Source of the DNA: the human T2T-CHM13v2.0 reference genome, Homo sapiens
Strand: one strand, 5' to 3'
Assembly (NCBI RefSeq): GCF_009914755.1
Contig: NC_060928.1
Length of the DNA stretch: 64,000 bases
Positions within the stretch are counted from its first letter, which is position 1. Each line of letters starts with the position of its first letter. Shown in pieces: positions 54,217 through 64,000 of this stretch. Below the pieces are notes generated by a model. It was not told where the DNA came from. It ran no database searches and saw nothing but the letters and a program-made list of their open reading frames with translations. The position numbers and the translations under genes are program-made.

Positions 54217-57200
54217 TGAAAAGATTTTTAAAATAAATGACCTATGTGTCACTCCCTTTCTTCTTTTGTTGTAGTTATTTAATATCATTTGTTTTTCTAA
54301 AATATAAATGAGTAAACTTTCATTTTCAAATGGCCATTCCTTTCTTCACAAACTTTCCGCCTCAAAACAATGCTTTTCTAGATCTTGCTCTCCTTTTCAT
54401 CTCCTTTTCCTTGATGTCTCCAGAGTACAGACTCCTCTGGAGTGTCTCTTTAAACAGAGTTCATGGAAAGGTGAGCCATTTCACCAAAGAAAGGGGAGAG
54501 TAGAGGACTGGCAATGTGCCATTATCATCAGAGCCTCTTGTAAATCAGAATATGTGATAAGTTCTTCACTGAACTAACTCCAAGCAGTAGTATCTCTGTT
54601 CAGATTCATTTATCTTGATTTTTTTCATTTACTTGACTTATTTTTGTGCTTTTTACATTGTTAACTGAGATGGCAATGGTACACACAACTATTCTGCTAT
54701 CCACAAAAATAAAACAACACATAAAACGCCGCAATGCAATTCCCTCTCATCAAACTGATCCACTGTAATAGCTAGGGTGTCATTTCCCCCATGTGGAGGA
54801 ACTGCAAGTGAGACAGCACAAGCAATGGGTGTCTCAGAAGATCCTACCAAAGTGCATATGAAGAGAAAGTGCCAGGTTGAAACGTCTGCGAAGATCAGAG
54901 AGTGTGACACCAGCTCATTACAGTGTCAGACAAGTAAGGACTTTCCAGTGCTTCCCTAAACTCTAACCTTGCAGAGGTCAGAACCTACAATTCATCAGCT
55001 GTGGGAGGAGAAGGAGAAACCTTATGTGAGGGAGAGAGAAGGAGCCAGACACACCTCCCGTCATCAACTGCAGCACACAGAAGCTGGGAGAGAGAAAATG
55101 CGTTAACTGTAAATCACACTCCGAGTTTTGACTATGACATGGAGTTGGACTTACAAATTAGCAAATTAAGACTGTTTGTATTCCTTAAGGATGAACAGAA
55201 AAGTTATGGCCTCACCCAAATATTCATCCTGGGGTAGGGGAAGAACTGGATCCCATTGAATAATTTAAAGAAACAGTGAAAAACAAAATAATGTTGCTTT
55301 AGGACCTAATCTTACGAACCACATTTGTCCAATGTCCTGGTTACACAGCTTAGAGGTCTCTGTGTCCTTGGGCTCCAGAAAGGCTTTAAGTTTGAGTGAT
55401 GAAGTCTGAGGGAGAATGACCGCTGCTGATTCTTAGGTTTTCGAATGTCAAAAAATCAGGCTTCAACCTTCGAGACTCTTCTTTTTATAGTCTGGATCCC
55501 CCTTAATTCGTTACCTCAACCATCAGGTACAGATGAAGACATTTTCTGAGGGACGCCAAACCTCCATTTTAATAGTACTTCATGAGGCTGCAGTTGAATT
55601 TATTTCATTTCTGTACTTGTTTTCACTGAGGTACACTGACTCAGAGGCAATACAGGAATACATTTCCATTTTACTATAGGATACAACCACTCTAGCAAGC
55701 TTTTCCATTATTTTCCTTTCCTGCTCTAATTTAATCTTGCTGTCTCCCCCACCTTTTTGATGAATACAATGATATTAATACTTCTTTTTTACTGTAAAGA
55801 TATGTATGACTATTTGCTGTTGCATGAAAATGATAATTGCTACAATGTGTCGACTATCTACCTGTTTCAAACACTTTATATATTTTATCCCTAATAGTTA
55901 TAATAATCCTGGGGGAAAAAAGTGGCAGTATCTCCATTTTATAGAAAGAGAAACCTAACAAAGAACATCAGAGTTGCTCCAGTTTATAAAGTTATAACAT
56001 CAGGGAGTCCAGACTCCCACCTGGGTGTGTTTAATCCCTGGTTCATTTGTTTCTGTAGGATGAACAGAGTGGGCAATCATTGTACAAATGGAACAAGAAA
56101 CTTGGATGATGTCCCTAGTTCTGTGACTAATTTGTGGATTATCTTATTAGTCCTTTAACCATGTTTGGTGAAATAAAAACCATGCTATGCCCATCAATTT
56201 CTCCTAAAGGGATGTTATAAGACCAACATGCCACTATGGATAAAGCATCCTAAGGAAAGATGATGGAAATAGTCTTATTAACAGAATAACTTCAGTTTTG
56301 TCTCTATTCATACTATAATTTCCTTTAATATTATATGATAGTGTTTCAGTATTTGAAATGTGATAGCTTAGGAGTTCAACTTATGATAAAGACACTCTGT
56401 AATTTTCCCTAGTGTGCCCATTTTAAATACAATGCAAAGAAGGAATAGAATGCCTGTGGAATGCTTATGGTAGTGACTTCAAAGGAGTTCAGAAATTTCT
56501 ATCAGACAAAACCTTTGCTCCCTTGTTTACATAAAATCGACATCATCTAATAATGTATGTTTCCCACTGTGGCATTGGATTCTATTCACCTTGATTCCTG
56601 TTTTCATTTCTTTCATTCTACTTTCTTCCCAATCTGCCTGATGCATTTTGTTTTCTCAAAATTCTGCCTTTTCTGTTGGTTGCTAATGAGTTTTCTCTGT
56701 TCCCTTCTTTCCTTTTACCTACTGATGCCCCCTCCCACCATCTCTGCTTACATGTTTCTAGTCCTGCTGTTCACCTCTCTTTATTTTTCCTTCTTTGACT
56801 CTCTTCCTCTGTCTACACTCTGCACATTCTGGCATCATCTCTCTCCTTCCCTCCCTCCCATCCTTCATGCCTCCTTCAACTTTTCCTCATTACTGCTGCA
56901 TGTATAAATAGGCTCGAGGCAATCTATCATTTACGCACATGCTCTCAGATAATCTCTTGCTGCATCTCACAGACAGTAGTTAACTGCAGCAGCAAATGTA
57001 ACATGCTCATTTACTATCTTTTTAGAAGGAGTGCTGAAGCAGGGGTCAAAAATGAAAGAGACATCTCACATGATTCAGTGGCTTCTGAAGAATGAGCTGG
57101 TGATAAGAAGAAAGCTGTTTTCTTACATTTAATATCGACTGAAAACATGTTTCTAATGAGACAAAGCTGCTGCAAAATATATAAGGCTCTGAATGATATT

Positions 57201-58099
57201 AATCTGTCTTCCCAATGTGTTCTCATTAGTCTCATTCCACTATTACAATTAATAATGTTATTGCTAGAAATTTACAATGTGTCAGCCTTTCAGTGTTACT
57301 TTTTAAGTATTTAAAGTGAATTATCTAATTCAGGGATCTTCCTATAGCTGTACCATTTGTGTACTACATTAAGGAGACCAGCCAATGGGGAGAGCTGAGG
57401 CTGCTTGCAAAGCCATAGGTGGAGGCTAGCATTATTCCCATTTTTCAGATGAAGAAAATGACGTGCAGATGGTTTAAGCAACTTTCCCAAGTGGAAGAAT
57501 CATGTAAAGTACAAAGTTAAAACTGGGTATTTTGAGACTTGGAATGTCAAATGTGTAATATACTGTCCAGTATAGTATTCTCTTACTAAAGCATACACAA
57601 ATTGAAGGCAGGTACTGTGTCTATCTTGTTCATCATGGTAGCTACTAGTTTTAGAATAAAGAAAAAAAAATAAGGGTAAAAGTCATGAAACATTTAAAGG
57701 ATTGGTCTTTCCAACAAAAGAGAAATGCAGTAATGATAAAGAAACTGTCCACTCTTGTAACTCTTACGCATCAGTTTTATCTTCACTTCCATCAGACCCT
57801 GGGCTGAGGTGGTGGTGGAGAATGTGGGAAAGTCTGGACTGACCCACCTGGATGTGGAACACACCTGGCTGTAGGTGGACAATGTGAGGCAGGCCCTTCA
57901 GTGTGCAAAATCAGATTCTGTGATGAGGAGTAGAGAGTAGGACAGGGAGAGGGAAGGAAGTCCACTAAGAGGTACTAGAGGGTATTCTGCAGGCAGAAAG
58001 GGGGCTGAGTAGATCTGGCCTGCAGGGAAGCTTGTTTTCAGGTTAATATGGTGAGACATGGGAGATAGATGGTTGGTGTTCGGTATGCTTGGGGAGAGG

Positions 58100-58310
58100 T
58101 AATAACAATATTGACATGCACTAAATATGATACCCTGTCTGAAGCACTTTGTGTTACCTCATTTCATCCTCACCAAAATCTCTGAGATTGGTATTATTAT
58201 TCCTCCTATCTAAAGAAAATTGAAGTAAGTTGTCAAAGTTTTAATGACAGTAAAAAGGTACACTGTAGAGTCACTCCCAGATATGTTGATTTCGAAGTCC
58301 ACATTTTTGC
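58100..58310 (-). mobile_element. MIR
   Basis: TTACCTCATTTCATCCTCACCAAAATCTCTGAGATTGGTATTATTAT; degenerate. Confidence 0.65.
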
Positions 58311-58644
58311 CCTTCCACCTTAGGAGGAGGGATTGGGGTTCAGGGGAGAACCCCTACTACCAACTGGGCTAGGGGGAGGATGGAAGGTTCCCAAATCTGG
58401 AGGATCAAGGAAATTACACAGGTTTTGAGGATGGGCTTGGCCTTGGGGGACAAGACTGGCACCCAGAGACAAAGTTCACTGAAGGCTCAGGGAGAGGAGT
58501 TGGATTAAGGGCCTGGTTACTAATGCACCACATCTGAGCAGAACATCCTCAAGATGACTTGACATTGCTCCACCCAACTCCCAAATGAGGGAAGTGGTTT
58601 GAATTCTCTCTGGCTAAGAAGAGTATTGGTTCTGAAACTGGGGG

Positions 58645-58671
58645 TGTAGCTGTAGCTGTAGCTGTAGCTGT
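58645..58671 (+). repeat. (TGTAGC)4 hexamer repeat
   Basis: Direct reading of the sequence. Confidence 0.9.
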
Positions 58672-58883
58672 GGAAATGGGAGGCCTGTGTAGTAAGGAAG
58701 CCATTCTGCCATTACATTTTGAGTTCAGATTGTTTTATCTGCCAGTATCTGTCCCAAAGTGATCTTGAATCCTTTTGGAATGAGGTAGGGTAAAAACTTA
58801 AAAAATGTACATGTCTTTATAGTGGATACATTTCCCCAAGCAGCCTTAAAATGTGTGCGTATATTTTTCTTAAGTATGTTTTT

Positions 58884-60319
58884 GCCTCTCCCTCTCCCTC
58901 TCCCCACAGTCTCCCTCTCCCCACGGTCTCCCTCTCCCCGCAGTCTCCCTCTCCCCACGGTCTCCCTCTGATGCCGAGCCGAAGCTGGACTGTACTGCCA
59001 CCATCTCAGCTCACTGCAACCTCCCTGCCTGATTCTCCTGCCTCAGCCTGTCGAGTGCCTGGGATTGCAGGAGCGCGCCACCACGCCTGACTGGTTTTCC
59101 TATTTTTTTGGTGGAGACGGGGTTTCGCTGTGTTGGCCGGGCTGGTCTCCAGCTCCTAACCGCGAGTGATCTGCCAGCCTCGGCCTCCTGAGGTGCCGGG
59201 ATTGCAGACGGAGTCTCCCTCACTCAGTGCTCAATGTTGCCCAGGCTGGAGTGCAGTGGCGTGATCTCGGCTCGCTACAACCTCCACCTCCCAGCCGCCT
59301 GCCTTGGCCTCCCAAAGTGCCGAGATTGCAGCCTCTGCCGGGCCGCCACCCCGTCTGGGAAGTGAGGAGCGTCTCTGCATGGCCGCCCATCGTCTGGGAT
59401 GTGAGGAGCCCCTCTGCCCGGCCACCCAGTCTGGCAAGTGAGGAGCACCTCTTCCCGGCCGCCATCCCCTCTAGGAAGTGAGGAGCGTCTCTGCCCGGCC
59501 GCCCATCGTCTGAGATGTGGGGAGTGCCTCTGCCCCGCCACCCCTTCTGGGATGTGAGGAGTGCCTCTGCCTGGCCGCCACCCCATCTGGGAGGTGAGGA
59601 GCGTCTCCGCCCGGCCGCCCCGTCTGAGAAGTGAAGAGCCCCTCCGCCCGGCAGCCGCCCCATGTGTGAAGTGAAGCCCCCCCTCCACCAGGCAGCCGCC
59701 CCGTCCGGGAGGGAGGTGGGGGATGCCTCTGCCCGGCTGCCCCGTCTGGGAAGTGAGGAGCCCCTCTGCCCAGCAGTCACCCCGTCTGGGAGGTGTACCC
59801 AACAGCTCATTGAGAACGGGCCATGATGACGATGGCGGTTTTGTCGAATAGAAAAGGGGGAAATGTGGGGAAAAGATAGAGAAATCAGATTGTTGCTGTG
59901 TCTGTGTAGAGGGAAGTAGACGTAGGAGACTCCATTTTGTTCTGTACTAAGAAAAATTCTTCTGCCTTGGGATGCTGTTAATCTATAACCTTACCCCCAA
60001 CCCCCTGCTCTCTGAAACATGTGCTGTGTCCACTCAGGGTTAAATGGATTAAGGGCGGTGCAAGATGTGCTTTGTTAAACAGATGCTTGAAGGCAGCATG
60101 CTCGTTAAGAGTCATCACCACTCCCTAATCTCAAGTACCCAGGGACACAAACACTGCGGAAGGCCGCAGGGTCCTCTGCCTAGGAAAACCAGAGACCCTT
60201 GTTCACTTGTTTATCTGCTGACCTTCCCTCCACTATTGTCCTGTGACCCTGCCAAATCCCCCTCTCGGAGAAACACCCAAGAATGATCAATAAATACTAA
60301 AAAAATAAAAAAATAAAAA
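58884..60319 (+). mobile_element. Full-length SVA (SVA_C-like)
   Basis: CCCTCT head, Alu-like domain, VNTR (~59330-59795), SINE-R, AATAAA and A tail; perfect TSD AAGTATGTTTTT at 58872-58883 and 60320-60331; subfamily from recalled SINE-R diagnostics. Confidence 0.97.
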
Positions 60320-61239
60320 AAGTATGTTTTTTAATTTAATTGAATATTTTATTTATGTGCGGCAACTAAATCATCAAAGTACTTTCAGTGGCTCACTAGG
60401 ATGCATATCTAGAAGCAGCTCCGCATTTTAGTCTCAAGTGTGTTTGCAGGTTCCATGTAATTTTTTACATACATTGTTTATCTCTTCAAAATGACTGCTT
60501 CAAGAAAACTGAAGAAACGAAGACAGTGGCAAGGGGCTGGCATACAGGGTGAAATAAAAATGCCACTCCACTCATACCAGGCAAAAGTTGGCAATATTGC
60601 TGGATTTCCACTCCAAGTTTCCAAACTCCAATGATAAAAATGGTCATAAAATTAATTGGAATCATTGTAACTCTCTAGCACAGGTACTTTTCTTTTGACA
60701 TGAAAATTATTTATAGACTGTTCTGTACTTAGTAATAAATAGCCTCAGAAAAAGGCTCTGGAGACAGAGGGAAGTGTGGGAGATATTGGGGTTGTCAAAA
60801 CGATGACTGGGGGCGTGTACTGCAGGTCTTGGCAGTGCCACGGCAAGGGAAACAAAGCGCAGACCGCATTGCTTGGGCCCCAGCCCTCCTCCCAGCCCTG
60901 AGGCTGGTCCCGCTCTAGACAGCTGGGTTTGGAGCTGCTCCTGTTCAGGGGTAACTCCCCACAGGCCAGGAGTGGGGCTGTTCCTGGGGCATCCTCAGGC
61001 CAGCAGTTCCTCTGAATGGTTGGGGGAGAAATGAAAAGACACCTGGAGGGCTGTGGATCACAGCCAGGTGTTCCTGAGGGAGCTCAAGCATTCTGGGCAA
61101 GTCCTGGATGAACTCTGACCAAACCTAGAGGATTCCCTGTTTTTCTTAACACTGCCTTACTACTTCAGTTTTCTTCAAAACTCTAACATTTCACTAGCCT
61201 CTTATACTGCCTCGGACCACCCTGAAATTATGAGCGGGG

Positions 61240-61380
61240 AAGTGGAAAGAGCACGGGACTTGGTGCCAGAGAACTGGATTCTACTTCTAGCTCTGCTGAT
61301 CTTGACCTTGAGCAAGTCAATTAAACATTGCCCAAGTCAGTGCCATCGGTGCCCTCACCTGTCAAATAGAGGGTGGACGG
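61240..61380 (+). mobile_element. MIR
   Basis: GTGGAAAGAGCACGGGACTTGG...TGACCTTGAGCAAGTCA. Confidence 0.7.
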
Positions 61381-61886
61381 CAAGCCCCACTGGTCAGTGA
61401 GAGATCTGGAGATCATCTGGCCCATTTGACACAGGGACCTTGTTTTAGAGATGAGTAAACCAAGGTATCAAATAGCCTCATGCTCCCTTGGACTCTCAGG
61501 TGGTGTGGGGATTACACTTGAACTCCAGGGCTCTAGCCCTTCCTCTACTCCACTCGACAGATATACCACACTGTTGGCGATTAAAGTCCTGTCTGTTGTG
61601 AGACTCCACGCAGCAATTTAGACAGACACTGACATAGTTTCTGTCCTCACTGTTTGCAATGCAAAAACATTCCCTCATTAACAACAGGAAAAAAATGAGA
61701 GTATCTACATCTGCATAATATCATACACTATATTTATCATCATTACCATCATCATCGTCATAAAAAAAAAGCCTTGCAAACACCTACTATGTTAATGATA
61801 GCAACCAACATCTGTTGCTGGAGAGGACATTAATTTACTTACAAATAATGGCTATGTAGGAAAGAAAGCAAACTGATACCACAGAG

Positions 61887-62357
61887 CAGCAGGGATCAGT
61901 TTTGTGGAAGACAATTTTTCCATGAATCAGGGGGGTGGCATGGGGATGGTTTCAGGATAATTCAAGTGCATTACATTTACTGTGTACTTTATTTCTATTA
62001 TTATTACATTTTAATATATAAGGAAATAACTATATAACTTACCATAATGTAGAATCAGTGGAAGCCCTGAGCTTCTTTTACTGCAACTAGATGGTCCCAT
62101 CTGGGAGTGATGGGAGACAGTAAAAGATCATCAGGCATTAGATTCTCACAAGGAGCGCGGAACCTAGATCCCTCCCATAGGCAGTTCACAATAGGGTTCG
62201 CACTCCCAAGAGAATCTAACGCTGCTGCTGATCTGACAGGAGGTGGAGCTCAGGCGGTAATGCTCCCTTGCCCACTGCTCACCTCCTGCTGTGCAGCCTG
62301 GTTCCTAACAGGCCGTGGACCAGTGTCAGTCCGTGGCCCAGGAATTGGGGACCCTTG
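61887..62357 (+). mobile_element. MER1A hAT-Charlie element with left terminus largely deleted
   Basis: TTTTGTGGAAGACAATTTTTCCA...CATTAGATTCTCACAAGGAGC...TTGGGGACCCTTG; 8-bp TSD-like CCACAGAG (61879) / CCCTAGAG (62358). Confidence 0.9.
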
Positions 62358-64000
62358 CCCTAGAGCAACTATTGTGTTTACTTGTGTCTTCTCTTCTAGA
62401 TTCAGTTTCTTAAGAGCAAGAACTGAGTCACTTCCGTTTGACCAGCATGTAGCATCATGCCTGGTCTGGGTAAGAGAAATAAAGATTATGGATAATCCAA
62501 AAGCTTTCAATCTCCTTTCATGTCTTTCACAATAAACCTTTGTTGAAGACTGCTGTGGAAGTAATGCCTACTTTGAGGAACTAAAACCTTTCCTGACACC
62601 ATCACAAGGAAAGGGGCAAAGAAAGAGTGGCAGAAGGAAAAGGAGAGGGGGAGGGGTTGAAAATTCTAAATAGCACGGTGGTTATAAGTGGGTCATCGTG
62701 GTATTCCACATGCATTCCACTGCTGTGTTATGTCCCACATATGAGGTCTGAGGGTGCCCTATTACCTCCTGGTCTAAAATCCAGTAAAGAACAAGAGTCC
62801 CATATTAGCTTGTGGATCCTCAGTGGTGGCAAAGAGGAAGACTGGTCCTGCTGATGGCAGTAAAACAGGGCTCTCAGTCAATGCCAGATCTATCCAGAGT
62901 GTCACTCTCTGCCTATTCAACATTAAACAAATGACTGAAATCTTGGTACTGCCTTTTGAGTCACTTTCTTCCTCAATCTCTAGTTCAAAGAGAATAAAGC
63001 CTAAACAAAAAGTCACCTCGATTATGGAAGTTTTTTCCTCACACATTTACACCCCCTGAGTCAGTCAGGGACCAGACTTACTTGAAATCCTACATGCTGA
63101 AAGAGACAGGGGGATGCACAAGGTCATGCCTTTCCAAGTCTCTCTAGCCATAAGGACCCCACTGCCTCCCAGAGCTTGAGCAAGGAGGTCTTGGCGACTG
63201 TAATGTGCAGACGATAACAGAGCAATGATAAAAATCCTCCAGCTGGAGTGGAGTCGCCTGACCGTCACTGGAGCCTCCAGCCCTGTTTCCTGTGCAGGGC
63301 ACATTGGAAACACATTGGTGTTATTTTCCCTTTTTAAAAGCTGTTTTATGTTTCAGCTTTCAAGTTGTCCCAGTCACTGCGTCATGGCATCATCACATAC
63401 CAACTCAATGTGTTTCATGTTCATTTGGAGAGAACATTCCCTCCCTTCCCCTTCTGAGAAATAAAAAGGAAGATGCTGGTGTTGTGGATAAGCAGCTATA
63501 GGAGTATATGCGGCTTGGGGTGAGAAGAGGGAGAACAAAATGAAATTCTAACTAATCTGGCCCATCTCATCTCAGAAAACCAGAACTCTGTGAATGATTT
63601 ATGATTCTCCTGACCCTCACAGCAATGCAGATTGTGGCTCTTGCCAAGAACAAATTAGGCTGTCTGCATCTGTTACTTTTCCCAACCAAGAAAATCTCCT
63701 TGTGTGAGGAAGGAGCAAGGTCAGCAGCCAGGACAAAGGATCAACCCAAGAGAAGGAAAAGATAAGGCTGCATTCCAGTGCTTCTATTGGAAACACCACT
63801 CACTGGAAGCAAAATCAAGTCTTCTTTCAAAACTCAGAATGAGCACTTGGTTGCATGTGTGCATCTAAAATACTCAGAATAAAAAACAAAATAGAATACT
63901 CAGAACAGCAGTGCCATCAGGCACATTCCAAACGTTTAACCCTTATCTTGCTTCAGGGGCATGCATGACTCCAGGCCAGCTATTGACTAGGTTTGGCTCA

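Noticed and set aside
59220-59810. 196-aa and 175-aa GC-rich ORFs
   Set aside because: Antisense translations of the SVA VNTR.

Overview
Primate genomic DNA, hominid and most likely human, because it carries an SVA, AluY/AluS elements and a full-length L1PA4-type element. The window is essentially non-coding and repeat-rich, either intronic or intergenic. I recognise no host protein-coding gene; the only genuine protein-derived ORFs are the broken ORF1/ORF2/ORF0 of the ~6.15 kb L1 at 36931-43075. Other clear elements are a full-length SVA with a 12-bp TSD (58884-60319), four minus-strand Alus plus a monomer, solo LTRs (MST, LTR47, MER31, MLT1), DNA transposon fossils (MER3, Tigger4a, MADE2, MER5A, MER91, MER1A) and many MIR/L2/L1M relics. 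The most interesting structure not explained by repeats is three local inverted templated copies within 13 kb. One of them (10354-10466) sits inside an MST LTR and preserves the empty pre-insertion site of a Tigger4a found in its donor 1.7 kb away. A set of minus-strand exon-like segments with strong splice sites (45618-45701, 30253-30392, from 29405) joins in frame to a speculative 68-aa ORF. I see no evidence of a wholly new biological system. Repeat family names are from my recall of consensus sequences, not from a database search, and boundaries of old repeats are approximate.
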